Positions 17,111-25,492 of a stretch of 27,934 nucleotides of DNA are shown in pieces. The stretch comes from a virus, in the UHGV virus genome UHGV-0188207. One strand, given 5' to 3'. Below the pieces are notes generated by a model, which searched no databases, was not told the DNA's origin, and saw only the letters and a program-made list of their open reading frames with translations. The first letter of the stretch is position 1. Every line of letters starts with the position of its first letter. The position numbers were made by a program, and so were the translations under genes.

Positions 17111-17188
17111 AATACCGCGCATTGTTTCACTGCCCCCATCACCGCAACCATAAGGCTCCAGTAAGTTTTTTCTAACGGAGCACGGCTC

Positions 17189-18022
17189 ATGACAGTGAAA
17201 GCAAAGCGTTTTCGCATCGGGGTGGAAGGTGCCACCACCGACGGACGCGAAATCCAGCGTGAATGGCTGGAACAGATGGCAGCCAGCTACAACCCGGCGG
17301 TGTATACCGCGCTGATTAACCTTGAGCACATTAAGTCTTATCTGCCGGACAGCACCTTTAACCGCTACGGCAAGGTGACGGCGCTGTTTGCTGAAGAAAT
17401 CACGGAAGGTCCACTGGCAGGCAAGATGGCGCTGTATGCCGACGTTGAGCCAACGGAGTCCCTGGTGGAGCTGGTGAAAAAAGGCCAGAAATTATTCACC
17501 TCTATGGAAGTCAGCCCGAAGTTTGCTGATACGGGCAAAGCCTATCTGGTCGGTCTGGCTGCCACTGATGATCCCGCCAGTCTGGGTACGGAAATGCTGA
17601 CATTCAGCGCCAGTGCAGCCCATAACCCGCTGGCAAACCGCAAGCAGAATCCCGCCAATCTTTTTACCGCTGCAGAGGAAACGGTGATCGAACTGGAAGA
17701 AATCCAGGAGGACAAGCCGTCCCTGTTTGCCCGCGTCACGGCGCTGTTCACCAAAAAAGAGCAGTCCGATGATGCCAGGTTCTCTGATGTGCATAAGGCC
17801 GTGGAACTGGTCGTCACTGAGCAGCAGAACCTGAGCGCACGCACCGAAAAATCCCTGTCTGAGCAGGAAGAACGCCTGTCTGAGATGGAGACTGCCTTGC
17901 AGGCACAACAAGCCGCCTTTAACGAACTGGTGGATAAGCTGAGTCATGAAGACAGCCGCCAGGACTACCGCCAGCGTGCAACAGGCGGTAACGCCCCCGC
18001 TGACACTCTGACCAATTGCTGA
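17189..18022 (+). CDS. O: Capsid scaffolding protein gpO
   Basis: 277-aa ORF MTVKAKRFRIGVEGATTDGREIQREWLEQM...; P2 O-like, first gene of the rightward late operon. Confidence 0.8.
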   Translation: MTVKAKRFRIGVEGATTDGREIQREWLEQMAASYNPAVYTALINLEHIKSYLPDSTFNRYGKVTALFAEEITEGPLAGKMALYADVEPTESLVELVKKGQKLFTSMEVSPKFADTGKAYLVGLAATDDPASLGTEMLTFSASAAHNPLANRKQNPANLFTAAEETVIELEEIQEDKPSLFARVTALFTKKEQSDDARFSDVHKAVELVVTEQQNLSARTEKSLSEQEERLSEMETALQAQQAAFNELVDKLSHEDSRQDYRQRATGGNAPADTLTNC

Positions 18023-18038
18023 TGGAGCACAAAACCCG

Positions 18039-19097
18039 ATGAAGAAGAATACCCGCTTTGCTTTTAACGCTTACCTGCAGCAGCTGGCGCGTCTGAACGG
18101 TGTGGCAGTTGAAGAACTGTCCAGCAAATTCACCGTGGAGCCGTCTGTGCAGCAGACGCTGGAAGACCAGATCCAGCAGTCTGCCGCTTTCCTGACGCTG
18201 ATTAACGTCACGCCAGTGACTGAGCAGTCCGGTCAGCTGCTGGGGCTGGGTGTTGGCAGCACCATTGCCGGAACCACTGACACCTCCGCGAAAGAGCGTG
18301 AACCTGTCGATCCGACGCTGATGGTCGATGTGGAATATAAATGCGAGCAGACCAACTTTGACACGGTGCTGACCTACGCGAAGCTGGACCTGTGGGCGAA
18401 GTTTCAGGATTTCCAGGTGCGTATCCGTAACGCCATCGTGAAACGTCAGGCACTGGACCGCATCATGATCGGCTTTAACGGCGTGAAGCGTGCGAAAACC
18501 TCCAACCGTAGCGAAAACCCGCTGCTGCAGGATGTGAACAAAGGCTGGCTGCAGAAAATCCGTGAGGATGCACCGGATCACGTCATGGGCAGCACCACCA
18601 CGGGCGGTGAAACCACACCGGGTGCGGTGAAAGTCGGTAAAGGTGGCGAATATGCCAACCTGGACGCAGTGGTGATGGATGCCGTCAATGAGCTTATCGA
18701 CGTGGTCTACCAGGACGATGACGATCTGGTGGTGATTTGCGGTCGTGAACTGCTGTCTGACAAGTATTTCCCGCTGGTCAACAAAGAGCAGGAAAACAGT
18801 GAAAAACTGGCTGCCGATATGATCATCGGCCAGAAACGCATGGGTGGCCTGCAGGCCGTGCGTGCGCCGTTCTTCCCGCCGAATGCGCTGCTGATCACCC
18901 GTCTGGATAACCTGTCCATCTACTGGCAGGAAGCCCCCCGCCGCCGTTCAGTTATCGACAACCCGAAACGTGACCGGATTGAAAACTTTGAATCCGTTAA
19001 CGAAGCCTATGTGGTTGAGGACTACCGCTGCGCCGCACTGGTGGAAAACATCCAGATTGGCGATTTCAGCGCCGCTGCAGCAGAAGCCGGAGCGTAA
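18039..19097 (+). CDS. N: Major capsid protein gpN
   Basis: 352-aa ORF following O; P2 N-like size and order. Confidence 0.85.
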   Translation: MKKNTRFAFNAYLQQLARLNGVAVEELSSKFTVEPSVQQTLEDQIQQSAAFLTLINVTPVTEQSGQLLGLGVGSTIAGTTDTSAKEREPVDPTLMVDVEYKCEQTNFDTVLTYAKLDLWAKFQDFQVRIRNAIVKRQALDRIMIGFNGVKRAKTSNRSENPLLQDVNKGWLQKIREDAPDHVMGSTTTGGETTPGAVKVGKGGEYANLDAVVMDAVNELIDVVYQDDDDLVVICGRELLSDKYFPLVNKEQENSEKLAADMIIGQKRMGGLQAVRAPFFPPNALLITRLDNLSIYWQEAPRRRSVIDNPKRDRIENFESVNEAYVVEDYRCAALVENIQIGDFSAAAAEAGA

Positions 19098-19100
19098 TTC

Positions 19101-19751
19101 ATGAGCCTGAGTCCCGCACGGCAGCATCGCCTGCGCGTTCAGGCTGAACAGGCCGCCCGTGAGGGCGGCAGTGTTCGCCACGCGTCGGGCTATGACCTGA
19201 TGCTGCTGCAACTGGCGGAAGACCGCCGCCGTCTCAAGGGCGTTCAGTCCACGGTCAAAAAAGCGGAAATCAAGGTGGAGCTGCTGCCGAAGTACGCCGC
19301 CTGGGCGGAGGATGTCCTGGCTGCCGGAGGCGCTCAACAGGATGACGTGCTGATGTACGTGATGCTGTGGCGCATTGATGCCGGAGATTATGCCGGGGCG
19401 CTGGAGATCGGGCGTCATGCCCTGCGTCATGGCTGGGTGATGCCGCTGGGTAACCGCAACGTGCAGACCGTGCTGGCAGAGGAAATGGCAGACGCGGCGC
19501 AGAGCGCAATGCTTGCCGCCACCGGCTTCGATGTCGATCTGTTGCTGCAGACGCTGGAGCTGACAGACGGTCTGGATATGCCGGACCAGTCACGGGCGCG
19601 TCTGCATAAAGCGATTGGCGCTGTCCTGAGTGAAAGCAATCCGGCTTCCGCCCTTAATCATCTCAACCATGCGTTACAGCTCGATCCCCGCTGTGGCGTG
19701 AAAAAAGACAAACAGCAGCTGGAGCGCAGACTGCGCAATGACAGCCGCTGA
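19101..19751 (+). CDS. M: Terminase small (endonuclease) subunit gpM
   Basis: 216-aa ORF following N; P2 M-like. Confidence 0.8.
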   Translation: MSLSPARQHRLRVQAEQAAREGGSVRHASGYDLMLLQLAEDRRRLKGVQSTVKKAEIKVELLPKYAAWAEDVLAAGGAQQDDVLMYVMLWRIDAGDYAGALEIGRHALRHGWVMPLGNRNVQTVLAEEMADAAQSAMLAATGFDVDLLLQTLELTDGLDMPDQSRARLHKAIGAVLSESNPASALNHLNHALQLDPRCGVKKDKQQLERRLRNDSR

Positions 19752-19846
19752 CAGAACGTGTCCCTGCGCACGGGCGGCACGGGGTGGCGAAAGGCACTGC
19801 CACATCAAAACCCCGTCCACCGCCCTCTATTTCAGGAGAAAGCAGC

Positions 19847-20311
19847 ATGAAGTTTGTTGCGCCAGAACAGGCACCGGAACAGGCGGAAATCATCAGAAAT
19901 ACGCCGTTCTGGCCTGATGTGGACCTGTCGGAGTTTCGCAGTGTGATGCGCACTGACGGCACGGTGACGCAGCCGCGTTTAAAACAGGTTGCCCTGTCGG
20001 CAATTTCGGAGGTCAACGCAGAGCTGTATGAGTTTCGCAGACGCCAGCAGATGCTGGGATATGCCTCGCTGGCAGAGGTTCCGGCAGAACAGCTGGATGG
20101 GAAAAGTGAGCGCATTCAGCACTATTTCAACGCGGTTTACTGCTGGGCACGCGCCATGCTCAACGAACGTTACCAGGACTATGACGCCACGGCATCCGGT
20201 GTGAAGCGGGGCGAGGAACTGGCGGAAGCCAGCGGTGATTTATGGCGTGACGCCCGCTGGGCCATCAGCCGGGTACAGGATGCGCCGCACTGCACTGTGG
20301 AGCTTATCTGA
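19847..20311 (+). CDS. L: Head completion/stabilisation protein gpL
   Basis: ORF MKFVAPEQAPEQAEIIRNTPFWPDVDLSEFR... with a GGAGA RBS; start moved to the internal ATG of the track ORF. Confidence 0.75.
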   Translation: MKFVAPEQAPEQAEIIRNTPFWPDVDLSEFRSVMRTDGTVTQPRLKQVALSAISEVNAELYEFRRRQQMLGYASLAEVPAEQLDGKSERIQHYFNAVYCWARAMLNERYQDYDATASGVKRGEELAEASGDLWRDARWAISRVQDAPHCTVELI

Positions 20312-20514
20312 TGAAAGTGCGTGCGCATCAGTATGACACGGTGGACGCGCTTTGCTGGCGTCATTACGGGCGCACGCAGGGTGTCACGGAGCAGGTACTG
20401 AAGGCAAATCCGGGGCTTGCCGAATACGGCCCCTTTTTACCTCACGGGCTGCAGGTGGAGCTGCCGGACATTCCGACAACCACCACCGTGCAGACCGTCC
20501 AGCTATGGGACTGA
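20311..20514 (+). CDS. X: Tail protein gpX
   Basis: 67-aa ORF MKVRAHQYDTVDALCWRHYGRTQGVTEQVLKANPGL...; P2 X-like. Confidence 0.75.
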   Translation: MKVRAHQYDTVDALCWRHYGRTQGVTEQVLKANPGLAEYGPFLPHGLQVELPDIPTTTTVQTVQLWD

Positions 20515-20517
20515 ATT

Positions 20518-20733
20518 ATGACGCTTGAGCGAATCAGCGCCTTTATCACGTATTGCATCGCCGTCGTGCTGGCCTGGCTGGGCGATTTGTCCATCAAGGA
20601 TGCCTCAACGCTGGGCGGCCTGATGATCGGTGTGCTGATGCTGGCTATCAACTGGTACTACAAACACAAAGCCTACCAGCTTCTGCGCGACGGGCAGATC
20701 ACGCGGGAGGACTATGAATCCATCAATCGTTAA
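20518..20733 (+). CDS. Holin (71 aa, two TM segments; pinholin-like)
   Basis: Hydrophobic segments ISAFITYCIAVVLAWLG and LGGLMIGVLMLAINWYY with a charged C-terminus; directly upstream of the endolysin. Confidence 0.6.
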   Translation: MTLERISAFITYCIAVVLAWLGDLSIKDASTLGGLMIGVLMLAINWYYKHKAYQLLRDGQITREDYESINR

Positions 20734-21226
20734 ACGCTGCCTTGTCGGGGTCGTGCTGGCTATTGCTGCCACGCTGCCGGGTTTTCAGCAGCTTCACACC
20801 TCCGTGGAGGGACTGAAACTGATTGCCGATTACGAAGGCTGTCGTCTGCAGCCGTATCAGTGCAGCGCGGGTGTCTGGACCGACGGCATTGGTAATACAT
20901 CGGGCGTCATTCCCGGCAAAACAATCACGGAACGACAGGCAGCAGAAGGGCTGATCTCCAACGTGCTGCGTGTGGAGCGGGCACTGGAAAGGTGTGTGAA
21001 GCAACAGCCACCACAGAAGGTGTATGACGCTACGGTGTCGTTTGCCTTCAACGTGGGGACGGGCAATGCCTGTAGTTCCACGCTGGTGAAATTGCTCAAT
21101 CAGCGGCGCTGGGCGGATGCGTGCCGACAGTTGCCGCGCTGGGTTTATGTAAAAGGTGTGTTTAATCAGGGGCTGGATAACCGCCGTGCGCGGGAGATGG
21201 CCTGGTGTTTACAGGGAGCAAACTGA
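20714..21226 (+). CDS. Endolysin (phage lysozyme) with N-terminal signal-anchor-release (SAR)-like hydrophobic segment
   Basis: 170-aa ORF; N-terminal LVGVVLAIAATLPGF, then EGLKLIADYEG...GVWTDGIGNT lysozyme catalytic region. Confidence 0.75.
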   Translation: MNPSIVKRCLVGVVLAIAATLPGFQQLHTSVEGLKLIADYEGCRLQPYQCSAGVWTDGIGNTSGVIPGKTITERQAAEGLISNVLRVERALERCVKQQPPQKVYDATVSFAFNVGTGNACSSTLVKLLNQRRWADACRQLPRWVYVKGVFNQGLDNRRAREMAWCLQGAN

Positions 21227-21228
21227 AA

Positions 21229-21605
21229 TGAAAAAGAAATTAATCAGCGGACTGTTTCTGATGTTATGGATGGCGCTGTTAATCGCAGCAATGGTGTATC
21301 CGCAGGGGATCTTTCCGGTACTGGCAGCGTCCGGCGTTTGGGTAGCCTGTTTGCTGACATGGGCGGTAATTCCGGTAGCACTGGCTGCGTTAATTCAGAA
21401 TGGCCCGCTCTGGCAGGAGTTAAGGGCATCTTTGCTGAAGACAATTACCCGAAAAGAAAACGTATTTATCAGTTGGGTGATGCGATTGCTGATTGTTGTA
21501 AGTCTCGCATGGACGGGGTGGGCTATTACCCTGGTCTTTTATCTACTGACCGTTATTGCCTTCTGGATCACCCGTAATCAGATGGCGCAACAGGTAGCAG
21601 CATGA
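21229..21605 (+). CDS. lysA: LysA-like membrane protein (lysis timing)
   Basis: ORF MKKKLISGLFLMLWMALLIAAMVYP... with about 4 TM segments, following the endolysin as in P2. Confidence 0.6.
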
Positions 21606-22030
21606 ACCGGTTGCTGCTGGTTGTGCTGGCGTTATTACTGGCGGCGCTGGGCTGGCAGACGTGGCGGCTGGCTGATGCCAGCCAGACCATCAGCACGCAG
21701 GCAAACGAGCTGCAGAGCAAAAGCCAGGCACTGGCAAAGAGCAACAGCCAGCTTATCAGCCTGTCCATTCTGACTGAAACCAATAACCGGGAGCAGGCGC
21801 GGCTCTATGCCGAAGCAGAACAGACCAGCGCACAGCTGAGACAACGACAACGCCGGATCGAGGAACTGAAACGTGAGAACGAGGATTTACGCCACTGGGC
21901 TGATACTCCTTTGCCTGCTGACATTATCCGGCTGCGGGAACGTCCGGCACTCACCGGAGGTGCAGCTTACCGTCAGTGGTTGTCCGCGAGTGACGCCGTG
22001 TCGGCTGGAGCAGGCAGCACCGCGCACTAA
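21602..22030 (+). CDS. lysB: LysB (Rz-like inner-membrane spanin)
   Basis: 142-aa ORF with an N-terminal TM anchor and coiled-coil periplasmic domain. Confidence 0.6.
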   Translation: MNRLLLVVLALLLAALGWQTWRLADASQTISTQANELQSKSQALAKSNSQLISLSILTETNNREQARLYAEAEQTSAQLRQRQRRIEELKRENEDLRHWADTPLPADIIRLRERPALTGGAAYRQWLSASDAVSAGAGSTAH

Positions 22031-22163
22031 CGGTGATCTGAATGCGTTGCTGGATGAAACGGAGGCCGCCTGGGCGGTCTGTGCAGACAAAGTGGACATG
22101 ATTATTGCGTGTCAGGAGCGAAACAGTGAACAAACCACAATCCCTGCGCCACGCCCTCAATAA
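21873..22163 (+). CDS. lysC: LysC (Rz1-like outer-membrane lipoprotein spanin), embedded in and extending past lysB
   Basis: ORF MRTRIYATGLILLCLLTLSGC with lipobox LSGC in the +1 frame of lysB; start codon uncertain. Confidence 0.5.
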   Translation: MRTRIYATGLILLCLLTLSGCGNVRHSPEVQLTVSGCPRVTPCRLEQAAPRTNGDLNALLDETEAAWAVCADKVDMIIACQERNSEQTTIPAPRPQ

Positions 22164-22557
22164 AGCGGTGCCTTATGTCCGCAATAACCCGGACAAACTG
22201 CATCTGTTTGTGGATAACGGTTCGCTGGTTGCCACGGGGGCCAGCTCCATGTCATGGGAGTACCGCTACACCCTGAACGTGGTGATTGAGGATTTCAGCG
22301 GCGACCAGAATCTGCTGATGGCCCCGGTTTTGCTGTGGCTGAGTGATAACCAGCTCGATGCCATCAATAACCCGGCGTTACGGGAAAAGCTATTCACCTT
22401 TGAGGTGGATATTCTGCGCAACGATGTCTGTGATATCAGCCTCAACCTGCAACTGACGGAGCGTGTGCTGGTCAGCACTGACGGCAGTGTGTCGAGCGTT
22501 GAAGCTATAGCGGAACCTGATGAACCTGAAGAAATGTGGACGGTGAAACGTGGCTGA
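22126..22557 (+). CDS. R: Tail completion protein gpR
   Basis: ORF (GTG start, AGGAG RBS) MNKPQSLRHALNKAVPYVRNNPDKLHLFVDNGS...; P2 R-like. Confidence 0.75.
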   Translation: MNKPQSLRHALNKAVPYVRNNPDKLHLFVDNGSLVATGASSMSWEYRYTLNVVIEDFSGDQNLLMAPVLLWLSDNQLDAINNPALREKLFTFEVDILRNDVCDISLNLQLTERVLVSTDGSVSSVEAIAEPDEPEEMWTVKRG

Positions 22558-22996
22558 ACTGCAGAAAGTGGACGACTGGCTGAGTGCCTTGCTGGCGAAT
22601 CTGGAGCCAGCCGCAAGAAGCCGCATGATGCGCCAGCTGGCGCAGGAACTACGCCGGACACAGCAGCAAAATATCAGAATGCAGCGCAATCCAGATGGCA
22701 GCAGTTATGAACCGCGACGGGTAACAGCACGCAGTAAAAAAGGCCGCATCAAACGTCAGATGTTTGCAAAGCTGCGCACCACAAAATACCTGAAAACCGC
22801 CGCCAGCGCCGACTCTGCCAGCGTACAGTTTGAAGGCAAGGTGCAGCGCATTGCCCGCGTTCACCATTACGGCCTGCGTGATCGTGTCAGTCGCAAAGGA
22901 CCGGAGATCCGTTACGCAGAGCGCCGCCTGCTGGGTGTAAATGATGATGTTGAGGCAATGACCCGCGACATGATTCTGCAATGGCTGGCGGGGTGA
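22550..22996 (+). CDS. S: Tail completion protein gpS
   Basis: 148-aa ORF overlapping the R stop; P2 S-like. Confidence 0.75.
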   Translation: MAELQKVDDWLSALLANLEPAARSRMMRQLAQELRRTQQQNIRMQRNPDGSSYEPRRVTARSKKGRIKRQMFAKLRTTKYLKTAASADSASVQFEGKVQRIARVHHYGLRDRVSRKGPEIRYAERRLLGVNDDVEAMTRDMILQWLAG

Positions 22997-23000
22997 TCTT

Positions 23001-23018
23001 TGTATCAGCACTGATACA
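23001..23018. promoter_or_regulatory. Late-promoter activator site, perfect dyad TGTATCAGCACTGATACA (TGT-N12-ACA), upstream of gene V
   Basis: 18-bp perfect palindrome centred about 55 bp upstream of the V start codon, in the S-V intergenic region. Confidence 0.55.
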
Positions 23019-23064
23019 AGTTGCAGCACTGCCGCCTTTCTTCCCCTGATGGCAACCTTTCCCT

Positions 23065-23643
23065 ATGAACGCACAATTAACCGAAATCATGCGCCTTATC
23101 ACCAACCTGATCCGCACAGGGGTAGTCACCGAAGTGGACAGGGAAAACTGGCTTTGCCGGGTGAAAACGGGCGAGCTTGAAACCAACTGGATCAGCTGGC
23201 TGACGCTGAGTGCTGGGAATGCCCGCACATGGTGGCGACCATCGGAAGGTGAGCAGGTGGTGCTGCTGAGTCTGGGCGGCAATCTGGAAACCGCCTTTGC
23301 GTTACCCGCCATCTATTCGAATCAGTTCGCGCCACCGTCGACGTCGGCGGACGCCTGCGTGACAGAACATCCTGACGGTGGCTGGTTTGAATACGAACCC
23401 GCCACCGGGCGCTGGTATGTCAGGGGCATCAAATCAATGGTCATTGAGGCCGCTGACAACATCACCATGAAAACCAGTGAGTTTGTACTGGAGGCTGACC
23501 GCACGCGCATTAACAGCGAAGTGGTGATCAATGGTGGCGTTACCCAGGGAGGCGGAGCGATGAGTTCTAACGGGATCGTGGTTGATGCGCATCAGCATAC
23601 TGGCGTCCTGAAAGGCGGCGATACAACCGGAGGCCCGGTATGA
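23065..23643 (+). CDS. V: Baseplate spike/assembly protein gpV
   Basis: 192-aa ORF; P2 V-like, first gene of the tail operon. Confidence 0.8.
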   Translation: MNAQLTEIMRLITNLIRTGVVTEVDRENWLCRVKTGELETNWISWLTLSAGNARTWWRPSEGEQVVLLSLGGNLETAFALPAIYSNQFAPPSTSADACVTEHPDGGWFEYEPATGRWYVRGIKSMVIEAADNITMKTSEFVLEADRTRINSEVVINGGVTQGGGAMSSNGIVVDAHQHTGVLKGGDTTGGPV

Positions 23644-23999
23644 CGCTTTATAGCGGGATGAACAATACCAGCGGCAAAGTCATTACTGATATTGACCATC
23701 TGCGCCAGTCGGTGCGGGACATTCTGCTGACGCCGCAGGGTAGCCGCATTGCTCGTCGTGAATATGGTTCCCTGCTGTCGTCGCTAATAGACCAGCCACA
23801 AAATCCGGCATTACGCCTGCAGGTCATGTCGGCAGTGTATGTGGCGCTGAGTCGCTGGGAGCCACGGATGACGCTGGATTCCATCACCATCAACAGCAAT
23901 TTTGACGGTTCAATGGTGGTGGCGCTGAGCGGGCGGCGTAATAACGGTGTGCCTGTTTCCCTTTCCGTATCAACAGGAGCAGAGAATGGCAGTGATTGA
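23640..23999 (+). CDS. W: Baseplate wedge protein gpW
   Basis: 119-aa ORF, ATGA-coupled to V; P2 W-like. Confidence 0.8.
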   Translation: MTLYSGMNNTSGKVITDIDHLRQSVRDILLTPQGSRIARREYGSLLSSLIDQPQNPALRLQVMSAVYVALSRWEPRMTLDSITINSNFDGSMVVALSGRRNNGVPVSLSVSTGAENGSD

Positions 24000-24894
24000 C
24001 CTTTCGCAGTTGCCTGCGCCGCAGATTGTGGATGTGCCGGACTTTGAGACGCTGCTTGCCGAACGCAAGGCCGAATTTGTGGCGCTTCATCCGAAAGATG
24101 AGCAGGAAGCAGTGATCCGCACGCTGGAACTGGAATCTGAACCCGTCACCAAATTGCTGCAGGAGAACGCTTACCGTGAGTTGCTTCTGCGCCAGCGCAT
24201 TAACGAAGCCGCGCAGGCTGTGATGGTGGCTTACGCGATGGGCAGCGATCTTGACCAGCTCGCTGCCAACTACAACGTGAAACGCCTGACGGTGACGCCT
24301 GCTGATAATGACGCTGTGCCGCCCGTTGCAGCTGTGATGGAAAGCGATGAAGCGTTACGCCTGCGTGTGCCTGCAGCCTTTGAAGGGCTTTCAGTTGCGG
24401 GGCCAACTGCAGCTTATGAATTTCATGCCCGAAGCGCCGACGGTCGGGTGGCGGATGCCAGTGCAACCAGCCCGGCACCTGCAGAGGTGGTGCTGACTGT
24501 CCTTAGCCGCGAAGGCGATGGAACCGCAGAAAAAGACCTGCTGGACGTGGTGGAAAAAGCTCTGAACAGTGAGAACGTCCGCCCGGTGGCTGACCGTCTT
24601 ACGGTTCGCAGCGCAGAAATCATCCCGTATCGCGTGGAAGCCACCATTTTTATCTATCCTGGACCGGAAGCAGAGCCGGTAATGGCAGCGGCAAAAGCCA
24701 GCCTGCAGAAGTACATCGCCAGTCAGACGCGTCTTGGTCGGGATATTCGCCGTAGCGCCATCTTTGCCGCCCTGCATGTTGAGGGTGTGCAGCGTGTGGA
24801 GCTGGCTTCTCCTCTGGCGGCTGTGGTCCTGAACAAAACACAGGCGGCATCATGTACGCAGTGGAGCGTAACCAACGGAGGAACGGATGAATAG
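23986..24894 (+). CDS. J: Baseplate protein gpJ
   Basis: 302-aa ORF from the ATG with a GGAG RBS (MAVIDLSQLPAPQIV...); P2 J-like. Confidence 0.8.
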   Translation: MAVIDLSQLPAPQIVDVPDFETLLAERKAEFVALHPKDEQEAVIRTLELESEPVTKLLQENAYRELLLRQRINEAAQAVMVAYAMGSDLDQLAANYNVKRLTVTPADNDAVPPVAAVMESDEALRLRVPAAFEGLSVAGPTAAYEFHARSADGRVADASATSPAPAEVVLTVLSREGDGTAEKDLLDVVEKALNSENVRPVADRLTVRSAEIIPYRVEATIFIYPGPEAEPVMAAAKASLQKYIASQTRLGRDIRRSAIFAALHVEGVQRVELASPLAAVVLNKTQAASCTQWSVTNGGTDE

Positions 24895-25492
24895 TCTGCT
24901 GCCACCGGGTTCAACACCACTGGAGCGCCGACTGGCGCAAACCTGCAGCGGGATTTCTGATCTGCAGGTGCCGCTTCGTGACTTGTGGAATCCGGCAACC
25001 TGTCCGGTCAGTTTCCTGCCTTATCTCGCCTGGGCGTTCTCTGTGGATCGCTGGGACGAGGGCTGGACAGAAAGCGTCAAGCGCCAGGTGGTGAAGGATG
25101 CTTTTTATATTCATCAGCATAAAGGGACCACCAGTGCCGTGCGGCGGGTGGTGGAGCCGTTCGGCTTTCTGATCCGCATTATTGAGTGGTGGCAGACCGG
25201 AGAGGCACCGGGCACGTTTCGCCTGGATATCGGCGTGCAGGACCAGGGCATCACTGAAGATACCTATCTGGAACTTGAGCGACTGATAAGCGATGCCAAA
25301 CCATGTAGCCGCCACATGATCGGCATGTCCATCAATCTGCAGACCAGCGGCCCGCATTGGGTGGGAGCCGCCAGCTATCTTGGCGAAGAAATCACGATCT
25401 ATCCGTATATCAACGAAACGATTATTTCCGGTGGCACCGCGCATGAAGGCGGGGCGGTCCATGTTATTGACACAATGAGAGTGAATCCATGA
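24887..25492 (+). CDS. I: Baseplate protein gpI
   Basis: 201-aa ORF following J with a GGAGG RBS. Confidence 0.75.
   Translation: MNSLLPPGSTPLERRLAQTCSGISDLQVPLRDLWNPATCPVSFLPYLAWAFSVDRWDEGWTESVKRQVVKDAFYIHQHKGTTSAVRRVVEPFGFLIRIIEWWQTGEAPGTFRLDIGVQDQGITEDTYLELERLISDAKPCSRHMIGMSINLQTSGPHWVGAASYLGEEITIYPYINETIISGGTAHEGGAVHVIDTMRVNP

Noticed and set aside
17919-18581. 220-aa minus-strand ORF
   Set aside because: Antisense across the O/N gene boundary; capsid genes on the plus strand are far better supported.
18948-20115. Several minus-strand ORFs of 70-160 aa
   Set aside because: All antisense within N, M and L late genes in GC-rich DNA; Arg/Ala/Ser-rich spurious frames.
24200-24998. Minus-strand ORFs of 67-128 aa
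   Set aside because: Antisense inside baseplate genes J and I; no independent support.
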